A stretch of DNA of 63,851 nt, filler included, from Asterionella formosa (Eukaryota), in the NCBI GenBank assembly GCA_002256025.1. It is 9 parts of 9 records of this genome, joined end to end, with 100 filler letters (N's around TTAATTAATTAA, not from the genome) between each part and the next. Parts side by side here need not be neighbours in the genome. Positions count along the whole stretch, not along the records: positions 1 to 7,018 come from NKIB01012545.1; positions 7,119 to 14,135 come from NKIB01012546.1; 7 more parts are not named here. The stretch is one strand, 5' to 3'. Each line of letters opens with the position of its first letter. Within the stretch, counting starts at the first letter, position 1. Below the pieces are notes generated by a model that had not been told where the DNA came from, ran no database searches, and was given only the letters and a program-made list of their open reading frames with translations. Positions 1-11,081 of the stretch are shown here, piece by piece. Made by a program: the position numbers and the translations under genes.

Positions 1-12
1 TACAGAATTAAT

Positions 13-127
13 TGAAGTATTTCAAATAATTATGTGAAGTATTTCAAATAATTATGTGAAGTATTTCAAATAATTATGTGAAGTATTTCAAATAATTATG
101 TGAAGTATTTCAAATAATTATGTGAAG
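13..127. repeat. Tandem repeat, 22-bp unit TGAAGTATTTCAAATAATTATG, 5 perfect copies plus a partial copy
   Basis: Identical units start at 13, 35, 57, 79 and 101. There are no spacers, so this is not a CRISPR array. Confidence 0.95.
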
Positions 128-1360
128 GTGATCACGTAATATAGTGATGATCAGGAATGCATGCATGATACTCTCATCAAATAATTAACGTGATGTATTC
201 AGATAATATATAGATATATTCAAGTAAGCATTTTGATGTATTCAACTAATTCATGTGATCCATTCAAAATCAACTAGGCTTATTTACGTGATGGTCACTT
301 CACGTAATACGCGGCTTAGATGTGTGAAAAGAACTTTCTTCAATATGGATTCACAAAATAATCACTCTCCGTGTGATCATCAACCCAGCGTATGCAGGAG
401 TGTTCAACGTGTCTACAATTGCCAGAAATTTAAAAAGCACTCCTAAGAGCATTCATAGAAGCAAAGAAGATCTAAAACACCAAAAAAATCCATTGGACAG
501 ATATCCCTGGCCCACTTGAATATAATTACCGGTACTACTGGTAATAATGTCGAAATATGGTTTCATTGGAATTATTTGATAAAATGAAATTGGCGCTTCG
601 TCCAGCACTCCGGTACTCCTACCGGTATATATGGTACCTGGTACCTGGTACTCAGACTATCCGGAAGTCTACAGTTTTGTATAGTTTATGTTACATACAG
701 TATGCATGTGTGGACAAATGTTCGCAATAGTATTCGGACTTTCCCGGAACTCCCAGCCAGCTCAACATTCCTCACAGCTGTTGTTCATAATGGCAAGGAG
801 TGTAATTAAAACATAGCTTGTAATTTCTCAAAATGTCCTCATCAGTCATGTAACGTTTTCACACAAGATCCATTCGGTACTAGTATTTTCTTAATTATTA
901 AAAAAAAAGCATGTGTGACTTAACAATATTGTTCCATATCATGTATACACAAAAGTCCTTTCATCTCTCTATATATTTATTACTTAGATGATAGTGCATA
1001 TAATGCAAACAAATTATGATTTACAAAAGTTCCGGCATCATGGTGATGACTAAAAATAATGCAATTTAGAGCTTTCATGTAGAACTCAACGACATCAGTT
1101 GGTACAGAAATTATTTCCGGCAGACTACCGGTAGTACGGAACCATGAGTCAAGAATTACAAACACGAGCGACATCATACGACACACACGCAAATGAATCA
1201 TGGTTTTACGTATGACTAAAGGTACATACATATAAGTCCTTTCTTTCATCATTCACCTAATCGATACCGTTAGTTCAATCGTATATACAAACGATTATCA
1301 TCATACTTTATGATTATAAATTGTGTTCTCTCGTCGCTCGTCGTTCACAACAAGACCAGC

Positions 1361-2707
1361 ATGTCATCAAGCAACTACAATAACAAGAAGAAAGATCATG
1401 GTGATAGCCTCTATGCTCATCAGTTTGCAGAAGAAGCAAAGGAGGAAGAGATGGAAGCCACTGCAAGAGCAATGCTCCCTCAAGATGCCAAGAAAAAGTA
1501 TGTCGTTGGATCCAGCAAAGTGGAGTACCAACAGAAGAAAGCCGCAGTTATCATGATGCCTCCTCAAGATGGCAACGATTCGTCTAATATCTTTGTTCCA
1601 GCAGTCTCATCATCAACAGCAGATGTTGTGGCAGCACCATCACAACAACACCTTCGTCCTGGCGCTTTTGCAGTCAGAGGATCAGGATTCATTCCACATG
1701 ATGACTCCTTCTTGCATGTCGACACTGCTCCCACTAGCACTAACAACGTTCAGGATGAACTTAAACAGCTGGAACCTGAATCACTATTCAAAGCTGTTCT
1801 TGTGGACGATCCTGAGATTCCAAGTGCCTCCATTTTTGATTATGAAGCAGCTGAAAAAGCCTATTGTCGGCGTCAAGGGTGGAGAGTTTTGACAACATTT
1901 GTGATGATTGGCATCTTAGGTGCCATCATTGCTATTGTCATACTATTGAAGCCCAAACCGCCATCTCCTACATCATCTCCTACATTATCTCCTACATTAT
2001 CACCATTGTTTGATTTCTTGGTTGAACAATCATTTGATAATGGAACAGCACTTTCAACTCCTGGCTCCTCACAAGAAAAGGCACTGAAATGGTTGGAGAA
2101 TGCGACACTAGATAATAGTCCCAGAGACTATACTTTGTTGCAATTCTATGCTTTGGCAGTGTTTAATTATGCGACTGGTGATACACTTTCAAACAATAAA
2201 TGGTTGAAAGATAATGGAACTGTTTCTCAATACGATTTTTGTGGTTGGAAGAACATTGATTGCGAAGCTGGGAAAGATATCACTAATTTGCAACCTTTTT
2301 CTTCTCAACTTGTTGGATCCCTTCCGCCCGAGATTGGGCTCTTGACAAGTCTCACTTCTCTATATTTGTATGACAATTCTTTCACTGGCACACTTCCGAC
2401 TGAGATTGGAAACTTGACAAGTCTCACTGCTCTATCTTTGTACATCAATTCTTTCACTGGTACACTTTCCACAGAGATTGGACTCTTGACAAGTCTCACT
2501 GATCTATATTTGTCCTCCAATATGTTCAATGGCACACTTCCCGCAGAGATTGGACTCTTGAAAAGTCTCACTGCTTTATATTTGGACAACAATGAATTCA
2601 CAGGAACAGTGCCAGCTGAGATATGGCCTGGGCTTAACCAAAGTCTTCAGCAAATATGTCTGACGTCTAATTATTTCGTTCAAGGTGATATTTGTCAGGA
2701 TGTTTGA
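1361..2707 (+). CDS. Single-pass membrane leucine-rich-repeat protein (diatom LRR receptor-like family)
   Basis: ORF 1310-2707, with the likely start at ATG 1361 (MSSSNY). It has a low-complexity N-terminus with a PGAFAV motif, a TM helix (VLTTFVMIGILGAIIAIVILL) and a PTxSPT stalk. These are followed by a cap (LQFYALAVFNYAT...CGWKNIDC) and about 4 plant-type 24-aa LRRs (LPxEIGLLTSLTxLYLxxNxFTGT). Confidence 0.85.
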   Translation: MSSSNYNNKKKDHGDSLYAHQFAEEAKEEEMEATARAMLPQDAKKKYVVGSSKVEYQQKKAAVIMMPPQDGNDSSNIFVPAVSSSTADVVAAPSQQHLRPGAFAVRGSGFIPHDDSFLHVDTAPTSTNNVQDELKQLEPESLFKAVLVDDPEIPSASIFDYEAAEKAYCRRQGWRVLTTFVMIGILGAIIAIVILLKPKPPSPTSSPTLSPTLSPLFDFLVEQSFDNGTALSTPGSSQEKALKWLENATLDNSPRDYTLLQFYALAVFNYATGDTLSNNKWLKDNGTVSQYDFCGWKNIDCEAGKDITNLQPFSSQLVGSLPPEIGLLTSLTSLYLYDNSFTGTLPTEIGNLTSLTALSLYINSFTGTLSTEIGLLTSLTDLYLSSNMFNGTLPAEIGLLKSLTALYLDNNEFTGTVPAEIWPGLNQSLQQICLTSNYFVQGDICQDV

Positions 2708-2959
2708 TTCACAAAAGTTAAAAACTATATATTTTAAAGACACATTTAGGATTCATATTTAGTTCCATTAATATTCGTGTATTTGCAGTTGGTGTCCCAT
2801 AACTCACACCTTCCTCTCCTTACCTGCAGGTAAGAAGTAGTCTACTGCTGCTGCATACCAAGTACCAGGTACCAGCAAGTTTCGGTCATTTTGCCGAAAA
2901 TGGAACGCGGCGCCGGCAAGCACTCATATTCGACTTCCCGCTAATATTACCATCTGCAA

Positions 2960-3530
2960 AGCTGCTCAAACAACGGCCAGACCCATCTCCTACATCATCA
3001 CCTACAACATCGCCTATATCACCGCCTGCAACTCCATTGTTAAAGTTCTTGACTGAAGAATCCTTTGATATGGGAGCAGCACTTAAAACATCCAATTCCG
3101 CTCAACAAAAGGCATGGATATGGTTGGAGCTGTCAACACTATATAATAGTGTCACAAACTATACTTTGTTGCAATTCTATGATGCCTTGGTAGTTTTCAA
3201 TTATGCGACTGATAATACACTTTCAAACAATACATGGCTGCAAGATAATGGAACTGATTCTGAATACAACTTTTGCGTTTGGAATTACATTGATTGCAAT
3301 AGTGGGACAGATATCACAGCATTGAACACTACAAATTCTGCTCTTGTTGGATCTCTTTCAGATCGGACTCTTGACAAGTCTAACTTCTCTAAAATTGTCC
3401 TCCAATAGATTCACTGGAACACTTCTCACAGATATTGGACTCTTGACAAGACTCACTTATCTGTCTTTGTTTTTAAATTCTTTCGATGGCACACTTCCCA
3501 CAGAGATTGGACTATTGATAAATGTCACTA
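2960..3530 (+). pseudogene. Truncated, frameshifted tandem paralogue of the upstream LRR gene (ectodomain only)
   Basis: Collinear with about 1945-2500 (stalk, cap and LRRs). A small deletion near 3360 (GGATCTCTTTCAGATCGG versus GGATCCCTTCCGCCCGAGATTGG) shifts the frame between ORFs 3037-3408 and 3344-3568. There is no N-terminus or TM helix. Confidence 0.8.
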
Positions 3531-3554
3531 CTCAAGGTTTGTCCGGCCTTATTT

Positions 3555-4262
3555 TCATGCCACTTTAATTCTATATGAGACAAGGGGTAGGAGTGTCATC
3601 CCACACACCAACTGTAGATATACCACTTCAGTATTCTTCCTAAAAAGTGCATGAAAACCTTTTTCGCATACAGTGGCTACCTTTTCATTCTTGGAAGAAT
3701 CAAAATAGGTGCACCAAAATTCAAAAAACTTCTGAGCTCGACCAGTAATCTCTGCCATATCCTGTATCATATTGTTCTTTTCCAATGTACTCTTCTTACT
3801 TTCAATGAATGTTTGATACTCTTCAGCAGTCAGAAGATTAAACAGGTATGGACAATTCACATTTTCAAGTTGGATCATCAAATCAGGGAGTTCCCCAATG
3901 CTCTGTTGGGTATTTACAAACCTCTCAGCCACCTTAGCAGCCAGTACATAATGTAGGTTGTTGTTCGACTGTATGGATTGGAGTATTATTGCAGTATTGG
4001 CATCAACTTTGTTGCCATTCTCATTAATTTTGTCAATCAAACCAGCGTCTCTGCTACCGACTTGAAGGTCTTCAATAATATCAAAAATGCAAGGCAAAGT
4101 AGTTTCAACACTTACTCTTTTCGGAATAGGTGATGACCTCACATTAGCCTTATGCCTTAACAAGTAAGCCGTTAATTCGTAGAAAAGAAGGGACGCCAAC
4201 CTACCTTGATTTGCGTTGACAAATGGCCATCGCCTGTTCAGGTGGGCATGCTTCCAACACAA
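3555..4262 (-). CDS. Hypothetical 235-aa ORF of unknown family, probably a TE-associated fragment
   Basis: Long ORF of globular-like composition between the LRR pseudogene and a Copia fragment. No confident motif. Confidence 0.3.
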   Translation of the reverse strand: MCWKHAHLNRRWPFVNANQGRLASLLFYELTAYLLRHKANVRSSPIPKRVSVETTLPCIFDIIEDLQVGSRDAGLIDKINENGNKVDANTAIILQSIQSNNNLHYVLAAKVAERFVNTQQSIGELPDLMIQLENVNCPYLFNLLTAEEYQTFIESKKSTLEKNNMIQDMAEITGRAQKFFEFWCTYFDSSKNEKVATVCEKGFHALFRKNTEVVYLQLVCGMTLLPLVSYRIKVA

Positions 4263-4369
4263 AAACGGTCAATTGCACCATTCGCAAAGCTTAAAACTCG
4301 TTAACGGGTGTACCTCCTGTCAATTGTCCCCCATTCAATGCCAGCGATTTTGTGCACGATTCAAGGAAT

Positions 4370-4960
4370 GTTTCACAATGCGATCCCTGGCTCCACCTGG
4401 CTGTCGGGTCCTTGTTCATGCCAAGCCCCAACACAGAACTACATGGGCTCTGCATTCTTTTGATGGCTGGTTTGTCAGCCCTGCTGTGGATTCCTATCGA
4501 TGCTACCGCATCTGGATGTGGGACACACATTCCATCAGAATCTGCAATGCATACTGTCTCGTGGTTTCCATCCAAAGTCCACCTACCTCGTAATTCCTCC
4601 CATGACCTCATCACAACCAGTTTGCAGGACATTGCCTATGCTTTGTTAATCCCCACCACTCGGTCTCCTGTTGCCCCCCTCACTGCAACCCACAAAGCTG
4701 CTCTCCAGCAGCTCCTTGAAATTCTCTCACCGCCTGGCTGGTCTCACCCCACTACCCATCTCTCCCCTCCTGCGTAGCCCCATTCCATCACTGAGGGTGC
4801 CCGGTGCACCAACAGCATCCCCCATCCACCTTATCCCTGATCCTGATGCCCGTTCACATCGCTGGCGATGTCCAACCACTGAGGGTGCTTAACCCTACCC
4901 CTACCCCTAACTCTAACCCTACCACCCAAAGTGTGGCTAACCCTACCCCTAACAACTGGC
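4370..4960 (+). mobile_element. Ty1/Copia (CoDi-type) fragment: integrase C-terminal region and Pro-rich linker
   Basis: LAPPGCRVLVHAKP..RTTWALHSFDGWFVSPAVDSYRCYRIW, then after a frameshift TVSWFP...LQDIAYAL...LQQLLEIL and SLRV/PLRV repeats, as in diatom Copia pol. Confidence 0.8.
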
Positions 4961-5201
4961 ACATAAAGATTCGCATAGTCGTTCAATAATTCAGTAGAAA
5001 TACAGCAGCAGCTGGCAGCATGACAAACAGCACGCCAAGGCACACTAACAACTCATGATTTACGGAGCCCTGTTATCATATGACATTAACACAGAATCAG
5101 AAAGCATCAATACTCAATCCTGGATTTCATCCGAATGCTCCTGAATTGAAAGGGTTTGTTGCAATGTCAATTGAATGTAGAGGAAGATCAGTGTGAGTTT
5201 T

Positions 5202-5685
5202 CTCAATGTATATTGTTCCTGTCTCTTCCTTTCCTTCCTCTATTCTGAATCATGTGTCAGGCAGTGCCTATGAATGTTACGTCTCTTTCCCTGCTGTTAG
5301 TGTCACTCTGAACTCGCCGACTATTCCGTTGTTTGATTGGTTTTATGGTCCTATGCAGTTACAGAAACAATGAGAAGGAATGATTTGTTAGCTAGTAGTC
5401 ATGTTACATTGAAACAACGACACGCAATTCCATCGTATCCTCTTGCTTCACTTACCACAAATCAATGCAACTGATGCATCAGTCTGTTATAGTAACTTGT
5501 CAGTAAGCCAAATTCTTGAATAAGTATGTTTCGGGTATCCAATGTTGTCGAATAAAACTTACCGGTTCATTTTTGTCATCTTAACTTTGAGAGAAGGTAA
5601 ACGTTTTGTTAGTTTTGTTTCAACAGAAGTGAATAGGTCCAACGAGCGACAAGAGCACTTACGCAATTTGGTTTTGTTTTGCATT
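5202..5685 (+). repeat. Dispersed repeat family A, copy 1 (about 480 bp)
   Basis: Aligns by eye with the reverse complement of 42797-43280. The spurious ORFs 5542-5733 and 42735-42947 share MLSNKTYRFIF...LTLREGK...TEVNRSN. Confidence 0.85.
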
Positions 5686-6512
5686 GGTGCTCCCCAACAA
5701 GCGAAACGAGCTGTTGAATCAACTGAGATGTGAAAAAAGGAAATGTGGCTGCGTTTAGTTAACAATTTGTTGTTGTGCTGCCTGCCTGCCTCCCAACGAT
5801 TGTCATCCAAGTACCACATTGATGGCTTCATTACCTTTTAAACATTCTCCATCCTTCGAAGGCGCAATGTGTCGAAGTCACAATGTTTTTCGTCATGTAT
5901 TGCGAACATTTTCTTTTCTTGTCATGTGCTTTACTTCGATGAATCTTTTCATGAAGCAGTAGGCATTGTTTGTTAACATGACAGAACGATTTCAAAAATA
6001 TATATGCCATGAATATAGTAATAAAATTTGTAAATATATATATATCTATATCTAGATATATAGTGTCATACATTTATAAAATTCAAAGGCGCTCTCGATA
6101 TGGAACATCTGATATGGTTGGGATGATCATACTTGCATATACATAATTCGAAAATACTCAATGCACTATATGTCCATTGTTTTCCACGACTACGTGTACC
6201 GGTATTGTTTCTGAAATTTGTTGGCATCGATATTTTCTACGTCCGTTGTAACTAATTATTTAGACCATTCAATTGGTGTAAGTCATAACCGCAAGGGTTT
6301 TGGTAGCAAATTGTTTAAGCCCCTTTTTTGGTTGGGAGCTCTTCATGTGTACCGGTACATCATATGACAATAACAATATATCATATATATATACAGAGTA
6401 CAAGTAGCAGGTAGTAAGTGATATACTGGGGGTAGTCGGAGTAATAAGCAAGCAATAGAACACCATATGTCTATGACTGCTGCTACTGCAGCAGGACAGT
6501 AAATGAATTTAA

Positions 6513-6890
6513 GATCATCGAACTTTAAGGAAGACAACGACAACAGCTGGTCGTGATGCTGGTCCACTTTTAATGGCCTAAGAAGGAAGCGACGAAAAGA
6601 TCACCATTACGAGCGGAAAGAAAGAAATCGCTTACGACGCCAAGTCTGGACGATTCTTTGAGACTAACTTGCAGGAAGAAGAATGCATTCCTGACGAGGA
6701 ATACTGTGTCGTCGATCCGGAAAGTGGGGAACTCATTCGTCTCACAGTAGCCGAAAAGGAGCGTATCTTTCTGGACGCGCTTCAGTCCTACTATGCCACT
6801 GGAAGGCAAATGCTCAAGGATGATGAGTTTGACCTATTGAAGGAAGATTTGCAATGGATTGGATCTGACATGGTTAAGCTGAATGTTTCT
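6513..6890 (+). pseudogene. PGRL1: PGRL1 (PGR5-like 1) homologue, 5' fragment with an in-frame stop
   Basis: ECIPDEEYCVVD...EKERIFLDALQSYYATGRQMLKDDEFDLLKEDLQWIGSDMVKLN matches the PGRL1 motif EQEFLQALQSFYY..K..MS.EEFD.LKEEL.W.GS.VV.L. The frame reads ATG GCC TAA GAA at 6573-6584 after an R/T-rich transit-peptide-like stretch. Similarity stops at about 6890. Confidence 0.75.
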
Positions 6891-7018
6891 TCCTGTTTGT
6901 GATCAATATCCCATCGATCCATTCATTCTCGCAAATGTTTTACTCGATGCCACCAGTCAAAACAATTGAGGTAATGAGTAGATATAGGCAGGACGCGCAG
7001 ACATTGGATATATATAGA

Positions 7019-7118
7019 NNNNNNNNNNNNNNNNNNNNNNNNNNNNNNNNNNNNNNNNNNNNTTAATTAATTAANNNNNNNNNNNNNNNNNNNNNNNNNN
7101 NNNNNNNNNNNNNNNNNN
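7019..7118. other. Artificial contig linker N44-TTAATTAATTAA-N44 (also at 14136-14235, 21250-21349, 28362-28461, 35464-35563, 42569-42668, 49667-49766 and 56757-56856)
   Basis: The same 100-nt structure occurs eight times. TTAATTAATTAA gives a stop in all six frames. Confidence 0.98.
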
Positions 7119-7807
7119 ACATACAATCATAGATAGACCCATGTCTATCTCACACTTACTGATCATAGGTATTTAACCATGATCATTCATTTCAAACTAT
7201 CGGTCTTCCGAAATAGCTTATATTGTCCGGCTCATTATATTCGGAGTAGCAAAGTATAATGTGTGGTTGATGAGAGCTTGGTACATCAAAGTGGACTCAT
7301 TCGAATCGTTTGACTCGTTTGACTCCGAGTCCTAACTACGTAGATGAGCTCACTTTAACATCAAGCAAGGAGGCATCGGACAGTATTGACCCGTCCAGAG
7401 TAGAACACTACCTGATTCTACTATCTGGTACTGGTACATAGACGGTACAAGGTACGTCGTACTAGCTAGCCGACGATCACCTGCCAGCTGCTGTGGCTGT
7501 TGGTCGACGTTGTTCGTTCGTGATTCTTTTGCTTGCGTGCTTCCTTCGTCGTTTAAATCCTGCTTGCAGAAGCTACGTAACAGTCGTATTCAAATGGGCG
7601 TAATTGGGGTTCGCTTAACAACATGTACTCTTTATGTGTACCTGATATATGCCAGGTGCCAGGTACCGGTGATGCGGCCTGCCTTGTTGACACCTCGTCT
7701 CGACCTGTGTATGGCTTGTTACATGCCGGTCGGGATATTCTATACGAACAATTCATATCTTTTATTTTGTTGTCCTACAAAATACTCCCATTGTATTGTA
7801 AACCATC

Positions 7808-8497
7808 ATGTTTGGTCGATTCATCATACTCCTCTTTCTGATTTTTCCACGAGCCATAATTGGGTTTGTGCCAAAACCGCTGGTTGCGGCTCCTTGTAGC
7901 AATTCCAGGCTGCTAGAGGCATCGACCAGCGAGGATTTGCTGTCTCGCCGAACCATGCTTAACAAGTTCGCCATTAGCTCCTTTGGCGTAGTGAGCGGAT
8001 TTGTTTTGGGCAACCGGGCCGCGCAAGCGTCGGGAGGAGCAACGGCCGGAGGTGTGTATCTGTTATCCGCTAAGCAACGTTATAATGCTCGAGTGGCAAA
8101 TGCTATGCGAGCATTCATCGCCCTTGAATCTTCCTTAGAGTCCGGCTCGTTTGACAAGACCAAGGAATATTTGACCAGCGAAGACGACGGTGCGTGGAAA
8201 GACGGAAGTACGGCTGGGTATCTTTTGGCAAATGCATTCCGTCGGAGCTCTAATACAGCACCGGACAGCTTGCCCTCTGTGAAGGTGAGCACCAACATTT
8301 GGATTTGAATGTGTGCATGTATAGTTGAGCCCTTGACTGATTTTGAAATGTTTTAGAAATGGAAGGCGTTCGCTGCTCAAGTCGATTCGCTAGCGAAGAG
8401 TACCAAGAAAAAAGATACCAAGGGAGCACTCGCCGCATTTGCCCAGGCCAAGACAGCACTCGATGAGTACCTTGAACAGGTCGAGTTGCAGCTGTAG
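7808..8497 (+). CDS. Plastid-targeted thylakoid-lumen protein, possibly a PsbQ-like helical bundle. Exons 7808-8284 and 8357-8497
   Basis: Signal peptide ending IIG|FVP (ASAFAP-like), a transit peptide, and a twin-Arg lumen signal (SRRTML...AAQA). A 72-nt GTGAGC...TTTTAG intron has a CTGA branch-like site. Exon 2 continues in frame as KWKAFAAQVDSLAK...ALDEYLEQVELQL*. Confidence 0.8.
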
Positions 8498-9312
8498 ATG
8501 AGAGATAAGTGGAACATTTGAGGTGTCACAGATTGACCACTATAGCATGGATTTTCAAGCAAAATCATGAATAACTGAACCATACCGGTAGTTGAGTTCC
8601 CACCTGGCTATCGCGACACCTACCGGTAATCATGGTATGAAATATCGACATGGTACTCCAACTAGTAGGGCCGAACATTCCACAATAATCAATCTTCATT
8701 GAATCTCAATGACCAAACTGAGTGAATAGCATTAACAAAACCTATATCCTTCCATTTAGGGAATGTCACTTCTGAGTTTTACTTCTGTTTTGTTGAATAT
8801 GCCTTTGTGGTCGATTACCGTGACAGTGTCGCACTGGACCTCGAGGGTCGTAAGGAAGCACCAGAAAGCGAATGGTGCACATTTGGACGAAGCAGCAAGG
8901 CTTATCTGCACTTCGTGAAGGAAGCAGCCGCATCAACTTCGCAGTAGACTATACCATTAGGCTTATATACTTACTCATTAGGTACTCACTTACGAAACTA
9001 CACCAGTATATACCGGTTTATACCAAAACCACCGACCTTACATATAGGGACTAGTATTCAGTATAGCTGTACTGTTATCTTTTCCTATTTTAGTACGGTT
9101 GGAAACCTCCATCAAATGCCAAGCCAATTGAAGTTCCCGGTCGTTTTGCATAATGCTGGTAGAACATGCAAAAATTATTGCACCACCCTGCTACCTGTCA
9201 CTAACACAATTTTGCTTGCTTTGGCTTTCTATGACTACCGTAGACATACTCAATGGTAAAAGGGGAATTATCTGTTGAGGGGAACCTTGTCAATAAGAAA
9301 AGTGAGCTACAA

Positions 9313-9430
9313 TATTATGATTATTCTATTGCTGTCATTGGGGCATGATTGCCGGTGTACCAAGATCTGGTGGTTACACTGGTCTGGTCTGCACTGTGCT
9401 CGCGCAGTGCACTGGACGCAGGTATTAATA
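9313..9430 (-). repeat. 3' LTR (118 bp)
   Basis: 3 mismatches against 11082-11199. Internal hairpin TGCACTGTGC-TC-GCGCAGTGCA. Confidence 0.85.
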
Positions 9431-11081
9431 CACCCTCACCACCAGATGCAGGAGACCAATGGTCAGTAGTGGCGGTGCCACAAGGAGGGCAAATGGTAAC
9501 AGTAGCATCATCAGAATCCAAACAAGCATAGTAATTAGTAGGACGAGCAGAGGACAAGGGAGAATGTAAATACTGAGCATGGATCGATGTGTGATGGGAG
9601 GCAGGATGGTGTTTGGTAAAGTAATCCACATGATTTAAACTTCTTTTTTTTCAGTAAACAAGGAATTGACCCTGACAGACCCAATCACGCACCCAATAGA
9701 AACACATATCCATGGCTTTGGAGCGTTTTTGGCAAACAGTGTCATTTGCAATGCCACTAGCAGTGCTGTTATCGGTTACAATAGTAGGAGTGGCAGGCTT
9801 GGGATGGCCAAGTTCATCGAGAATGTTGCGAATAGTATAGTAGGCTTCCTTGCCATTGTGAAATAATGCAGCAAGTTCAGCTTCGGCTGCACTGGATAAC
9901 ACCTCTTTTAGAATTTGGCAGTGAACATAGATAGCGCCATTAAGAGGCGGCATGGGATCATTGGAAAGAGGGGGTGTCATAGTAGGGTGCAAGGGTTTAC
10001 AGCTTAAAAAATGAATGCCAGCAGCACGGGAACGGCCCCGGGATTCAGAAGGATAGGAAGCGTCACTTTCCACATGGAGAATCATATCACTGGCAGTGAA
10101 ACGTAAGGTCGCCTCCGGATTGGTAGAACAATAATTTTATAGCTGTGTTATGGCCTCTAAGGTGGCGATGGTTGGAGTAGCCTGTTGGGTAGCAAGGGTG
10201 CCAATGGCAGGTAACATGGTGCTGTCAATGGCATGTGCATAGTAAAGTAAGGTGCCAAGGACCTCTTGGACGTGTTTTTTGTCCAATAACTCTAACACAG
10301 GGGTGACATCAAGGAGAACAAATTGCTGACGGGCCCCATAAGCTGGGGGAGTCCAGGCATGAGGGGAATGTTGCGGTTGGGAGGGGGTGGGGTGTTGAAA
10401 TTGCTGTAATGCACGTGAGATGTACCCAGGCATGGTTAGATCAACAGTATGTTTGAGATAGTCCCAAGAAAGCGTGACGCCAATGTATCGGGAACCGGTC
10501 CAATCCATGGTGAGACGATATTTTGTGCAAAGGGTGGCCAGAAAACGTTTGACGTTGCTACGGTGAGTGTAACAAACGCCAAAGTTGTCAATGACAAGGG
10601 TGAAGATTAAATCGCTATTGGAGTCCTTGTTCCATAATCCTGGGGTGACAGGACAGGGAAGGTATCCATGTGGTTGGAGGAAGTGTTCGAGTTGTTCATT
10701 GGCCAGTTTACCAGCTTGGGGAAGGCCATACATGTCACCGCAAATTTCAGCATACACATATCCATCTTGGATTTTGTCCACTAGATGATAGAATGCCTGA
10801 ATGTCATCAGGAATCATCCAGGTTGGGATGCGGACATATTCGTAATCAGCCCGGGGGCAAATGACTTTCCAAATAGAAATCGGAGAGATCGACAGTCATG
10901 AAGCGTCCATTTGGGGTACTAATGACACTGTTGAACAAACATTTGGCAGTGGTAAGGTCAGCTGTCTTGCTTGGTGCTAACATTGCCTGTGTAATGGACC
11001 TGATCACCCCCTGCAGTCCAGTGGACATGGTGTGGAGTAGATTTTTCGGGGCGATCAGCACACACAATACGAATGTATGTG

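Noticed and set aside
13..127. CRISPR-like regular repeat
   Set aside because: The units are head to tail with no unique spacers, there are no cas genes, and the context is eukaryotic.
4888..4953. Telomere-like CCCTAA/CCCTAC run
   Set aside because: It is irregular and in frame with the Pro/Asn/Thr linker (NPTPTPNSNPT) of the Copia fragment.
7063..7074. TTAATTAATTAA as a piggyBac target or biological motif
   Set aside because: It is centred in N runs and identical eight times, so it is a synthetic six-frame stop linker.
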